Assembly: GCA_016219965.1 (NCBI GenBank)
Contig: JACRJM010000015.1
Coordinates: 31,857-95,856, forward strand
DNA: 64,000 nt
From: Candidatus Schekmanbacteria bacterium
Lineage (GTDB): Bacteria > Schekmanbacteria > GWA2-38-11 > J061
Direction of reading: 5' to 3'
Shown: piece by piece, positions 18,833 through 29,179 of the stretch
Position numbering within the stretch: position 1 is the first letter of the stretch
Layout: the number at the start of each line of letters is the position of its first letter
Notes under the pieces: model-generated
Databases searched by the model: none
Seen by the model: the letters and a program-made list of their open reading frames with translations, nothing else
What the model was told of the DNA's origin: nothing
Program-made: the position numbers and the translations under genes

Positions 18833-20311
18833 ATGTTAGAAATATTAAAAAAACTTGGAAAACATTCAGCGATATACGCGTGTAGTGATATCTTAGAAAA
18901 ATCAATAGGATTTCTTCTTATCCCTCTATATACAAAGTATCTTAGTCCCGCCGATTATGGAATTATTGAACTTCTGTCAATAAATTTAAACATGATGATT
19001 CTTATTTCGGTTCAAGGGATGACATCATCTTTTTTTAGAGCTTATTCATTTGACTGGGATAATGATATAGAAAGAAAGGAGGTAGTAACTACAGCGTATT
19101 TTTATACGGTTTTTTCTGCATTCGTTATTTTCAGTTTGTTGTATCTACTATCAGAAAAAATAAGCATAATAGTATTTTCAGATTCTAAATATAATTTTCT
19201 TTTATCATTAACTTTCATATCTGGATTTTTTAGAGTTTCTACTTATATCCCATTTCAAGTACTTAGAGCTAATTCAAAATCTATTACTTTTTCAATTATT
19301 AATTTCACACAATTTCTTATAGGGGTTAGTTTGAATATCTTTTTCGTAGTCTATCAAAGATTAGGAGCTAATGGAGTATTTTACGCGAATGTCATTGTTT
19401 CAATAACAACATCATTAATAACATTTATCGTAATTAAAAAACATATAATATTTTCATTTTCATTTGATAAACTTAAACGAATGTTGTCTTTTGGTCTACC
19501 CTATGTTCCTTCAGGAATATTTCTCTGGATTATAACGGTCTCAGATCGATTTTTTATTCAATATTATTCTTCACAAACAGAGCTTGGTCTGTATTCGCTA
19601 TCATATAAATTTTCAAAAATAGCTGATCTTTTATTTGTCAATCCATTTATGCTTGTATGGCCATCAATTTATTTTCCTTTGGCAAAGGAGAAAAATGCAA
19701 GGGAATCGTTTTCCAAATTTATGAATATTTATTCGCTATTTATTGCATTTGGAGGATTGGGGCTAATTTTATTTACAGGGCCTGTAATTCATTTAATAAC
19801 ACCAAAAGCTTTTTGGAGGGCTAATGACGCTGTTTTCTTAATTGTATCTTCGTCTATTTTATACGGAGTACTTTTTGTTTTAAATGTGGGGATTGAGGTT
19901 ACAAGAAAAACCAAATTAAATGTTATAACAATTGGCAGTTCAGCGTTTTTTAACCTTTTATTAAATTATCTTTTAATACCTTCTTATGGTATGATGGGGG
20001 CTGCAGTTGCTACATTTGCGTCCTATGTATTTATGATAATAGTCGCACAAAAAATAAATGAAAAATATTATCCTATAAAATATGACTGGAATAAAGTTTT
20101 TAAAGTAGTTTTTGCGTTTACAGTAAGTATTTCTCTTTCATTTATTATAAAATCTGAAAATATATTAAATGATTTTTTATGTAAGTTACTGCTTTTATCT
20201 ATATATCCAATTATACTATATTTTTTAAAATACTTCAGCATTGCAGAAATAAAATCAATTAGGGAACTGTCCTTTCAGTTTATAGAAAAATTTAAATTGA
20301 AAGTGACGTGA
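18833..20311 (+). CDS. wzx: Wzx-type flippase
   Basis: LLIPLYTKYLSPADYG, SDRFFI...ELGLYS, LIPSYGMMGAAVAT; 12-14 TMs. Confidence 0.88.
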   Translation: MLEILKKLGKHSAIYACSDILEKSIGFLLIPLYTKYLSPADYGIIELLSINLNMMILISVQGMTSSFFRAYSFDWDNDIERKEVVTTAYFYTVFSAFVIFSLLYLLSEKISIIVFSDSKYNFLLSLTFISGFFRVSTYIPFQVLRANSKSITFSIINFTQFLIGVSLNIFFVVYQRLGANGVFYANVIVSITTSLITFIVIKKHIIFSFSFDKLKRMLSFGLPYVPSGIFLWIITVSDRFFIQYYSSQTELGLYSLSYKFSKIADLLFVNPFMLVWPSIYFPLAKEKNARESFSKFMNIYSLFIAFGGLGLILFTGPVIHLITPKAFWRANDAVFLIVSSSILYGVLFVLNVGIEVTRKTKLNVITIGSSAFFNLLLNYLLIPSYGMMGAAVATFASYVFMIIVAQKINEKYYPIKYDWNKVFKVVFAFTVSISLSFIIKSENILNDFLCKLLLLSIYPIILYFLKYFSIAEIKSIRELSFQFIEKFKLKVT

Positions 20312-20323
20312 GAAGATTTACCT

Positions 20324-22018
20324 ATGTATCGATTAAAAAAAATTAGAGAAATAATGAGTAACAGAAAAAAAGAAATTATTCTTCTTTGTTTGATAATGGT
20401 TGTTGGATTTATTTTAAGGGTATGGAATATCTATCATAATTTGCCTTTTCTTCCAGATCCAGATGAACAGATGAATGTAAACAGAGCAGTTGCTTTTGGT
20501 AGTGGTGATTTAAATCCTCATAATTTTAAACATCCAGCAACCCATCAATATATTCTCTTTATACTCTTTGGGATATATTATTGCATTTCTTATGCAGTTG
20601 GAGCTATTTCATCAGTACATGACTTTGAATTAGAGTTTATTTCAGATCCAACAAATTTTTATTTAATTGCAAGACTTTTTATTGTTTTATTAGGAACTAC
20701 AACTCTTTTTTTGATTTATGTTATAGGGAAGGAAAACTATGGAAGTTCAACTGGTTTAATATCATCAATTCTTCTATCAGTTTCTGTTGCGCATGCAACA
20801 TATTTCATTCCCAAAGGAGAAATTCCAACTACTTTTTTTATATGTTTTTCATTTATATATATATTAAGAGTTTGCAAAGAAGGAAAAATAGAAAACTATA
20901 TTAAAGCCGGCATGTTATCCGGATTAGCTCTAGGTACAAAATATTATAGTGGTTTGTTAATAATTCCATTAATTGCAAGTCATTATTTTTATGTCTCTAA
21001 TACTAAATCTCGCATTTTAGATAAAAAAATATTCATAAGCACGTCTGTTATGGGTTTAACTTTCGTTATAACTAATCCATACGTTATTATAGATTATCAT
21101 ACATTTTACGAACATTTTATTTATCAGCTTAAATGGCCATCAATATATAGTGATACTCTTATTGGTTTTGGTGCTGGCCATATATTTTATTTAAAAAATA
21201 TATTTTCTTTTAGCTTAGGTTTGATATTAGGAATTATTTGCTTTATAGGAGTTATATTTGCTTCTTATATACATTCCAAGACTGATATTATTATTTTGTT
21301 ATTTATAATACCATTTTATTTTTTGTTGGGATTAACAAATTTACCATATTATAGATATTTAATTCCTATCATTCCTCTTGTTGTTTTGTTGGGTGCAAGG
21401 ACTGTAAATGTGTGTTTTCAGTCTTATCTGCAGGGTTTAAATTACAATATTAAATGTATTTGTGTTGTTGCAGTTTTAATCATTTCACCTTCATATAACT
21501 TGATAGAGTACAAAATTAAAACGAGCAAAAAAGATGTTAGAATTGCTGCAAAGGAGTGGATTGAAACAAATATCCCTGAAAATTCGAGAATATTGCTTTC
21601 AGGAAATAATGTTTCTATGACTAAGGCTGCACCTTTAGAAGATAGTCTAAACAGTTTAGAAGAAAAGAAAATAGAAAACAGAAATAGCGGAATTTGGGGA
21701 ATAAGCCTGAAAGGGTTGGAAAAATATTATAAACTTAAAATTGAGGCTAATAAATTGGGCTTAATTAAAAGTAAAAAGTATTATTTAACTTCTACTAAAA
21801 GTGGATTTAATGTTGAACCTATTGAGTACTATAAATTAAAAAAATATGATTATTTTGTATTGTCTGATGAAATAGAAGTCCCTTCATGGAGTCTGAAAAA
21901 AAAGAAAATGTATCCGAACGTAGTTAGCTTTTATAATTCACTTACATCAACATCTGTTTTACTGAAAGCTTTTGAGGACCAGGGAAGAATTATAAAAATA
22001 TATAAGTTAAAACAATAA
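20324..22018 (+). CDS. GT-C-fold glycosyltransferase (GT39/ArnT-like)
   Basis: LR.W.....LP...DPDE loop, DLNPHNFKHP, GLALGTKY, ITNPY, YRYLIP, AKEWIETNIP. Confidence 0.82.
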   Translation: MYRLKKIREIMSNRKKEIILLCLIMVVGFILRVWNIYHNLPFLPDPDEQMNVNRAVAFGSGDLNPHNFKHPATHQYILFILFGIYYCISYAVGAISSVHDFELEFISDPTNFYLIARLFIVLLGTTTLFLIYVIGKENYGSSTGLISSILLSVSVAHATYFIPKGEIPTTFFICFSFIYILRVCKEGKIENYIKAGMLSGLALGTKYYSGLLIIPLIASHYFYVSNTKSRILDKKIFISTSVMGLTFVITNPYVIIDYHTFYEHFIYQLKWPSIYSDTLIGFGAGHIFYLKNIFSFSLGLILGIICFIGVIFASYIHSKTDIIILLFIIPFYFLLGLTNLPYYRYLIPIIPLVVLLGARTVNVCFQSYLQGLNYNIKCICVVAVLIISPSYNLIEYKIKTSKKDVRIAAKEWIETNIPENSRILLSGNNVSMTKAAPLEDSLNSLEEKKIENRNSGIWGISLKGLEKYYKLKIEANKLGLIKSKKYYLTSTKSGFNVEPIEYYKLKKYDYFVLSDEIEVPSWSLKKKKMYPNVVSFYNSLTSTSVLLKAFEDQGRIIKIYKLKQ

Positions 22019-22026
22019 CAGGCTAT

Positions 22027-23355
22027 ATGAAAAAAATATTGATGATAACGTTCTATTTTCCGCCAGCTAGTACAGCTGCAATTTTTAGGATACTTAGGTT
22101 TACAAAATATTTACCTGCTCTCGGTTTTGAGCCTGACATACTAACAGTAAAAAAGAAATATTATGATAAAAAAATAAGTTTTGATTATACAATTAAAGTT
22201 CCAAATAATATAAATGTTTATCGCAGCAATATGATAGGGTGGATAATCAATTGTTTTAGAATAAAGAGTTGCAAAAATAAAATATCTGATCAACAAACTA
22301 TTAAATCTAAAAATAAAAAGAAAAACTCATTTAAAACCTTTCAACAATTAGTTAAAGCAATATTCTTTCTTCCTGATAGCCAAGTTTGGTGGGTTCCAAT
22401 AGCAATATTAAAAGCTTTACGTATAAATTGTAAAAAAAAATATGATGTTATCTATACTACTGGTGCTCCATTTTCAACTCACTTAATAGGTATGTGTTTA
22501 AAAGGAATACTAAAAAAACCATGGATAGCAGATTTTAGAGATCCATGGGTTAGCAACCCAATAATAAAATGGAAGTTTAAAAGTATTAAAAATATAATTA
22601 AAAAAATGGAACAAAAGGTTTTGGAGAATGCAGATGCAATAGTAACAACAACCGAAGCTCTAGTAGATGATTTTAAGAAAAGATACCCAGATATTTCACC
22701 TGAAAAATATCATGTTATAACGAACGGATATGATTCTGAAGATTTTAAAAACATAGATATTGTAAATTATGAGAAATTTACAATAGTTTATACAGGTGTC
22801 CTTTATAGTTTTCATTCACTAACTCCTTTTTTAATAGCCCTAAATAAGCTTTTTGAACTGAGAAAAGAAATAAGAAATCATATTCAGGTAGTGATAATAG
22901 GACCTTTTAATTCTGAACATGTTAATGAAGTGGGGAAAAATAATTTAAATGATGTGGTGTTTTTGAAGGGTCTAATGCCTCATAATGAAACAATTAAGTA
23001 CATCATAGCTGCGCATCTTCTTCTTGTCACTCTTACAACTGATGAAGATAAATCTTTATTTATTCCAGGTAAAATATTTGAATACTTAGGGTCTGGAAGA
23101 CCTATTTTATCTATATCACCGGAAGGAGAATTAGCTGATATAGTTAGACGTAATTCCGCAGGAATAGTAATTGCACCAAAAAATATTAGAGGTATCTCTG
23201 AAGCCATTTCACTTTTTTATGATGAATATTTAATAGGCAACTATAAGGGTCGCGATAAAGGGTCTATAGAGATTTATGATGCGAAAAACCTTACTAATAT
23301 GTTATCAAAAGTTATAAATGATATTATTCAAAAAAAGGATGAAATCAGAGTTTGA
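22027..23355 (+). CDS. Family 4 glycosyltransferase
   Basis: FYFPP, PD...W, PWIADFRDPW, ITNGYD, PGKIFEYL. Confidence 0.9.
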   Translation: MKKILMITFYFPPASTAAIFRILRFTKYLPALGFEPDILTVKKKYYDKKISFDYTIKVPNNINVYRSNMIGWIINCFRIKSCKNKISDQQTIKSKNKKKNSFKTFQQLVKAIFFLPDSQVWWVPIAILKALRINCKKKYDVIYTTGAPFSTHLIGMCLKGILKKPWIADFRDPWVSNPIIKWKFKSIKNIIKKMEQKVLENADAIVTTTEALVDDFKKRYPDISPEKYHVITNGYDSEDFKNIDIVNYEKFTIVYTGVLYSFHSLTPFLIALNKLFELRKEIRNHIQVVIIGPFNSEHVNEVGKNNLNDVVFLKGLMPHNETIKYIIAAHLLLVTLTTDEDKSLFIPGKIFEYLGSGRPILSISPEGELADIVRRNSAGIVIAPKNIRGISEAISLFYDEYLIGNYKGRDKGSIEIYDAKNLTNMLSKVINDIIQKKDEIRV

Positions 23356-24587
23356 ATAGTCAATTTATGTTTCTTGTCTTATTCCTTGTTTTTATATTCT
23401 TTGACCCCCAAAATATTTTTACTTTCTTAAAGCCGCTAAGACTTGCATTTTTCTCTGGCTTATTTGTTTTTTTAAGCTCTGCTACTGCAATTATTAAAAA
23501 CTTTTTTAAAACCTCGCAAAGTTGTCTGTTTGTAATGTTTTATCTATTGGCATTATTCTCGGCTTTTAATTCCATTGAGTGGGATATGAGCAAGGGGATT
23601 ATATTTTTTCTATTAAAATGTATTTTACTCTACTTCGCAATTATTTCTATAGTAAATTCCTCGGATTTGCTTAAAAAATTTATTTGGATTCTTATTGTAT
23701 TTATTTCGTTAAATATTATTTTAACTATGTTATTTGCGAAGTTAGGCATTCATGGCTCCCGCGGTGAAGGTTGGAGGCTGAGATCTTTTTTTGCTGGTGA
23801 AGGCGATAGTTCAAATGGTTTTGCAATGATGATGCTCTCCTTTGTCCCTTTTCAATTTTATTCTCTAAACAGACAACAATCAAATGCAAAGAACTTTTTT
23901 TTAATTGTTGCCATCTTTGCAACAATGTTAGGGATACTTAGAACAAGGTCCCGTATGGGGTTTGTAGGTCTTGCTCTAATAATTATAATGATCTTATGGG
24001 ATAAGAAAAAACAAACAAAAATTGTATTTTGTGTACTTGCAGCAATTCTTATTGCAATACCATTTACGCATAAAAGAACGTGGGAAAGGTTTGACACAAT
24101 ATCTTCACAGGTTGAATCAACAGAAGACAAGGCTCTTGGTGGACGGATGATTCACTGGAAGGCTGCATTCCAGATTATAGAAGAATATCCATTTTTTGGT
24201 ACAGGAATTAATACTTTTTTAAAGGCACAAGAGGATGTTTTTATGTATGATAGTGATGCAGACACACAGCATGTTGCTCACAATGCTTACCTTCAAGTAT
24301 GGTCGGAGATGGGAATATTTGCTGTAGGTAGTTTTGCGTTGTTAATTTTGCTTTCAATAAAAGATTCCTGGTTGATTGAAAGAAAACTAAAAGACTATCC
24401 GCAATATTATTCAATCCATATTATTGCAAAATCCGTTCGAATGGGATTAATAGCCTTTCTGCTTTGTTTGATTATGCTGTCAGAACAATATAGCAGAATT
24501 TTATATTTGCTAATTGCCATAGCTGTGTCAGTTAAGAATGTCTATCAATCTGAAATAGCATCAAATATAGTTAAGAAGGAAAGCTAA
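23352..24587 (+). CDS. wzy: Wzy polymerase / O-antigen-ligase-family protein
   Basis: Polytopic; DSSNGFA, TRSRMGF, GR...W......YPFFGTG, HVAHNAYLQV.SEMG. Confidence 0.82.
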   Translation: MNSQFMFLVLFLVFIFFDPQNIFTFLKPLRLAFFSGLFVFLSSATAIIKNFFKTSQSCLFVMFYLLALFSAFNSIEWDMSKGIIFFLLKCILLYFAIISIVNSSDLLKKFIWILIVFISLNIILTMLFAKLGIHGSRGEGWRLRSFFAGEGDSSNGFAMMMLSFVPFQFYSLNRQQSNAKNFFLIVAIFATMLGILRTRSRMGFVGLALIIIMILWDKKKQTKIVFCVLAAILIAIPFTHKRTWERFDTISSQVESTEDKALGGRMIHWKAAFQIIEEYPFFGTGINTFLKAQEDVFMYDSDADTQHVAHNAYLQVWSEMGIFAVGSFALLILLSIKDSWLIERKLKDYPQYYSIHIIAKSVRMGLIAFLLCLIMLSEQYSRILYLLIAIAVSVKNVYQSEIASNIVKKES

Positions 24588-24599
24588 AACAATAAATTG

Positions 24600-25790
24600 A
24601 TGCGACTATTTCTAAAAATTTTTTTGCAATTATTCTTTGCTGCGATTATTTTGTGTGAAACTGTTATTGGTAATGATAAGTGGAATGATTCATCGAACTC
24701 TAAAATGGCGTCTACACCTAAGTTTTTTGCAGTAGCTCTCGGTAAAGTAGATAATAAGAAACTATGCAATTCGGCGAATCTTTGTGATTTGATGATCTTG
24801 TCACCAACTTCATATCCTAAAATTCCATCTATATTAGAAGAAATAAACAAAAAAATTATCATTTTAGGATACTGCGAAACAATGAGCAGTGATGCAGGCA
24901 ATGAAGAGTTTATGGAACTGAATAAACATGAAGATTGGTTTCTACATGATGGAAATGGGAGAAGAATAAATGTCTATGTCAATAAAACGAATAAAAGATT
25001 TGGAATGGATAAGACAAAAGAAGGCTATCAGGAATGGTTAGCGAATAAGTGTAAAAAAATAATTGTAGCTGGATATGATGGTATTTTTCTCGATAATATT
25101 GGGGTTGTCTTTGGTTATAAAAATCCATTCAAATATTCTGGATTTCCAGTGGGGATTGATAATTCTAATTGGCAAAAGGGATCTATAAAATTGTTAGAAA
25201 AAGTGAAAGCAGCAGTTGGTAAAAAAAGTATTGTGGTTTTTAACCAAATATCAGGAGATGATAATAGTAAATTGTTTGGTTTAATAAAAAATAATAATGG
25301 TATGGATGCTATGACAGCGAGTATAAGTTTCGTTGATGCTTGTGATGGTGCGATGAAAGAAAATTTTTTTGATAACGGCAAGCAAATTAACGAAGAAGCT
25401 CCAAAATTTCTTGATCTTCTGAGAATACTGAATAAAAAAAATAAATATACGTTGTGTCTCAGCAGAGGTAACTCTGCAAGAGACGCAAAAACTCTCTATT
25501 GCCTCTATTTGTTGGCTTTGGATGGAGAGAATTCTTTTTTTTCTTATCAAATTGATTATAAAACGATTACGTGGTTTGATTTTTATGAAAAAGATTTAGG
25601 GGAGCCCTTAAATGAATATTCTAATTATAATGGGATAGGAATGAGAGAATATAAAAATGGGTTAGTTGTGGTTAATTTTAACAATATGGTAAAGCTGGTA
25701 AATTTACCGGGTGAATTTAGTAATGATAAAGGTCAGAAAATAAAAAGACTTACTCTTAATGGTAAAACAGGTGAATTGCTATTTAAGTAA
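24600..25790 (+). CDS. Secreted putative glycoside hydrolase (GHL15-like TIM barrel)
   Basis: Signal peptide; HEDWFLHDGNG.RI, GYDGIFLDN, DGAMKENF, DLGEP, REYKNGLVVVN. Confidence 0.72.
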   Translation: MRLFLKIFLQLFFAAIILCETVIGNDKWNDSSNSKMASTPKFFAVALGKVDNKKLCNSANLCDLMILSPTSYPKIPSILEEINKKIIILGYCETMSSDAGNEEFMELNKHEDWFLHDGNGRRINVYVNKTNKRFGMDKTKEGYQEWLANKCKKIIVAGYDGIFLDNIGVVFGYKNPFKYSGFPVGIDNSNWQKGSIKLLEKVKAAVGKKSIVVFNQISGDDNSKLFGLIKNNNGMDAMTASISFVDACDGAMKENFFDNGKQINEEAPKFLDLLRILNKKNKYTLCLSRGNSARDAKTLYCLYLLALDGENSFFSYQIDYKTITWFDFYEKDLGEPLNEYSNYNGIGMREYKNGLVVVNFNNMVKLVNLPGEFSNDKGQKIKRLTLNGKTGELLFK

Positions 25791-26011
25791 AAATATTTGT
25801 AATAATATCAAGTATATAAGCTTTTTAAATTCCCATAAAAAGATACATTATTTATATATGCAAAATATTGCAAATTAAAAAACAAATTATGGATGTACCT
25901 TCCTTATATTATAGGCGAATGAAAGTTGCTTATAGCAATAAAATAGAAATTATTCATTACTTAGCTCTTATTGTACGACTAATTGCAGATAATTAAATCA
26001 ATCAATTTGTT

Positions 26012-27139
26012 ATGAAGAATAAAAAAAAAATATCAGTCATGAATATAATATCTTCACTTAGCGTAGGAGGAAGAGAAAAGGTTGTAATTGATATGCTTAA
26101 TGGTCTTAATGACGATATATTTACATTATCACTATGTTGTCTTAAGAAAGCAGGACCTATCTTAGATTATCTGAAAAATTCAAACATGGAATTATTTTTT
26201 TTAAATAAAAAAGATGGAATAGATTTTGGTATAATCTTTAAGTTAACTAAAATTTTGATGATGCAAAAGCCAGATATTGTTCATACACACAATCCAGGTG
26301 CTTTTATTTACGGGAGTATTGCTGCAAAGCTTGCAAATATACCCGTGATTGTTAACACAGAACATGGATATGGGAATGTTATTTCTTTAAAGAAAAAGAT
26401 GGTCGAGTATTATTTAATTAAACATACTTCAAAGACTATAGCTGTATCTGATGATTTGAAAAAAAAAATATCTGATGGTTCAGAATGGTGTCAAGACAAA
26501 ATAATAACTATCCATAATGGCATTGATTGCGAAAAATTCAAATCATATAAAGAAATAAGAAAAATACGAGAGTCTTTTAATTTTAAAGAGAATGATATAA
26601 TTGTTGGAAATGTGGCAAGGCTCTCGGAAGTTAAAGATCATAGGACTCTTATTGATGCCTTTTCAATTGTTTGCAGTAAATTTAACAATTCTAAACTTGT
26701 AATAGTTGGCGATGGTGAATTAAAGAAAGAGCTTGAGAATAAAGCTTCATGCAATGAACTTAAGGGAAGAGTCTATTTTCTCGGTGAAAGAAAAGATATA
26801 AATGACATTTTATCTATGCTCGATATATTTGTGCTTTCTTCTATAAGTGAAGGAATATCGATTTCTCTATTAGAAGCTATGGCATCAGGAAAGGCTATTA
26901 TAGCAACAAATGTTGGAGGTAATCCTGAAGTTGTAATTGATGGAAAGACGGGAATATTAGTGCCATCATCAAACCCAATTTTAATGGCAAATGCCATAGA
27001 AAGGCTAATAAGCGATAGAAATTTTAGTTTACAAATTTGTGAAGCAGCTAAAAAACATGTTAATGAAAAATTTAGCATAAAAGTAATGGTTAAACATATT
27101 GAAAATCTTTATGAAAATTTATTATTAAAAAATAATTAA
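26012..27139 (+). CDS. Family 4 glycosyltransferase
   Basis: GGREKV, PDIVHTH, TEHG, IHNGID, VARL..VKDH, SEGISISLLEAMA, TNVGGNPE. Confidence 0.93.
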   Translation: MKNKKKISVMNIISSLSVGGREKVVIDMLNGLNDDIFTLSLCCLKKAGPILDYLKNSNMELFFLNKKDGIDFGIIFKLTKILMMQKPDIVHTHNPGAFIYGSIAAKLANIPVIVNTEHGYGNVISLKKKMVEYYLIKHTSKTIAVSDDLKKKISDGSEWCQDKIITIHNGIDCEKFKSYKEIRKIRESFNFKENDIIVGNVARLSEVKDHRTLIDAFSIVCSKFNNSKLVIVGDGELKKELENKASCNELKGRVYFLGERKDINDILSMLDIFVLSSISEGISISLLEAMASGKAIIATNVGGNPEVVIDGKTGILVPSSNPILMANAIERLISDRNFSLQICEAAKKHVNEKFSIKVMVKHIENLYENLLLKNN

Positions 27140-27150
27140 TTATTCGCTAT

Positions 27151-29055
27151 ATGAAAATTATATTAAAAAATCATTATGTTATTGCTGTCAAAATTTTTTT
27201 TTATATTTCGATTTGTTTGAGTTTTATATTGGGGATTATTAGATCATTACTAATTATAGCATCAAATAATTATATTAATTTAAAATTTTATAAAAACATT
27301 TTATTTTCTTTTTTAAATGAAATAAACACATCCATTATTTATATATTTAAATTAACATCAATAGTAATAGTATTTTATTTGATTATTTATTATATCTTCA
27401 AAGATTTTAAAAAAACTATAAGTTTATTAATTGGAATCTTTATAAGTTTATATATTAATTTAACATTAATATATAACTTAAATAGATATACTTTTAAGGA
27501 TTATTGGAAAAGTGAGAAGAACTTTTTTGGATACAGCATACCAAATGCGATTTTCAGTCTAAAGATAATTTCTATCAATTTATTTTTTATTGTATCTATT
27601 ATAATAACTGCTTTTATTTTATTTAAACTACTATTGACTTTATTTAGTTCAAGCAAGTTATCAAATATAAAATCAATAAAATTAAGTAAAAAATATTTTG
27701 TAATATATTTTATTCTATTAATTCTAATATTTATAAATTTAGCGGGTTTTATAATTTGGAGAAACTCAACTAGTGGGATGAATATAGTTTTAATAACAGT
27801 AGATAGTCTTCGCGCGGATCATTTAGGTTGTTATGGTTATAATAAAAATACAAGTCCAAATATTGACAGATTGGCGGATAGCGGTGTTTTATTTTCAAGA
27901 TCAATATCACAAGCACCATGGACATTACCATCATACATGTCTATGTTAACATCAAAATATGTTTATGAACATGGTGTTGATGTAGCAAATAAGATCTTGA
28001 ATCCCCGTGTAATAACATTGGCAGAAATTTTAAGAGAAAACGGTTATTACACAGCAGGGTTTGTCAGTGCACCATTTCTGAAAAGGAGTTATGGTCTTGA
28101 CCAAGGATTTGATGTATACAACGAAGATGCAGCTGCATCCGTGAGTTCATGGTCACACAATGATATTACATCTCCAACTCTTACCAAACTTATTATTAGT
28201 TTTTTCAGACAAAACTCTTCTAAGAAATTTTTTCTATTTCTTCATTATTGGGATCCTCATTATGATTATATTCCTCCAAGTCCTTATGATAAATTGTTTG
28301 ATCCAGGGTATCAAGGTAATATGGATGGTCGTAAATTTAAGTTTAATAACAATTTCAAGGTTGGAATGGATGAAAGAGATTATAATCACATAGTTAGTCT
28401 TTATGATGGAGAAATCAGATGGACTGATATGCATATAGGCCTTTTATTAAAAGAGTTAAACAAATTAGGGTTAGAAAAGAAAACAATTATAATATTTACT
28501 TCAGATCATGGGGACGAGTTTTTAGAACATGGGTATAAAGGGCATGAACATAGTTTGTATGACGAATTAATACATGTACCATTAATCGTTAAATTGCCTG
28601 ATGTTAAGTTTAAAGCTAAAAAAATTGATACGACGGTTGAAACAATTGACATTAGTCCAACCATTCTAAATTTGGTTGGTATAGGTAGTTTAAATGATTT
28701 TAGGGGTGAATCGATATTACCTCTGATTTCAGGGGTTGGGGAATATACAAATTCTAAGGCAATTAGTGAAACATCTAAAGGTTTTTATGGTGAATATAAG
28801 TCTATAGAGATAGATAAGGTTAAATATATTGTTCGGTCAGATAAAAAAAATGAATTATACGATTTAAAAACTGACCCAACAGAGAAAAAAAACATCTATA
28901 AGGAACAATCAGAGTTAGGTAAACATTTCGAAAGTGAGATCTATAAACATTTATATCATAGAAATTCTGCTGATGATTCTAAAAAAGCTTTGATAAATAA
29001 TAAAATAAACAAGGAAACATCTGAGCAGTTAAAAACGCTTGGGTATATAAATTAA
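27151..29055 (+). CDS. Membrane-anchored sulfatase-family (alkaline phosphatase superfamily) enzyme, Thr-type active site
   Basis: About 5 N-terminal TMs; NIVLITVDSLRADHL, SQAPWTLPS, LHYWDPHYDY, YDGEI, TSDHGDEFLEHG, EQLKTLGY. Confidence 0.9.
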   Translation: MKIILKNHYVIAVKIFFYISICLSFILGIIRSLLIIASNNYINLKFYKNILFSFLNEINTSIIYIFKLTSIVIVFYLIIYYIFKDFKKTISLLIGIFISLYINLTLIYNLNRYTFKDYWKSEKNFFGYSIPNAIFSLKIISINLFFIVSIIITAFILFKLLLTLFSSSKLSNIKSIKLSKKYFVIYFILLILIFINLAGFIIWRNSTSGMNIVLITVDSLRADHLGCYGYNKNTSPNIDRLADSGVLFSRSISQAPWTLPSYMSMLTSKYVYEHGVDVANKILNPRVITLAEILRENGYYTAGFVSAPFLKRSYGLDQGFDVYNEDAAASVSSWSHNDITSPTLTKLIISFFRQNSSKKFFLFLHYWDPHYDYIPPSPYDKLFDPGYQGNMDGRKFKFNNNFKVGMDERDYNHIVSLYDGEIRWTDMHIGLLLKELNKLGLEKKTIIIFTSDHGDEFLEHGYKGHEHSLYDELIHVPLIVKLPDVKFKAKKIDTTVETIDISPTILNLVGIGSLNDFRGESILPLISGVGEYTNSKAISETSKGFYGEYKSIEIDKVKYIVRSDKKNELYDLKTDPTEKKNIYKEQSELGKHFESEIYKHLYHRNSADDSKKALINNKINKETSEQLKTLGYIN

Positions 29056-29179
29056 ATTTCAGGAGATAATTATTAAATATTTTATCAGGCTACTATCAGC
29101 ATGATAGTAATCTAAAATCATACTAATGAAAAATGCAAAATATTTAGAAACCCCACATAAAAAAAGTAAATAGTATTCA

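Noticed and set aside
25912..25932. GGCGAATGAAAGTTGC as an internal sigma54 promoter
   Set aside because: GG-to-GC spacing is 12, not the required 10.
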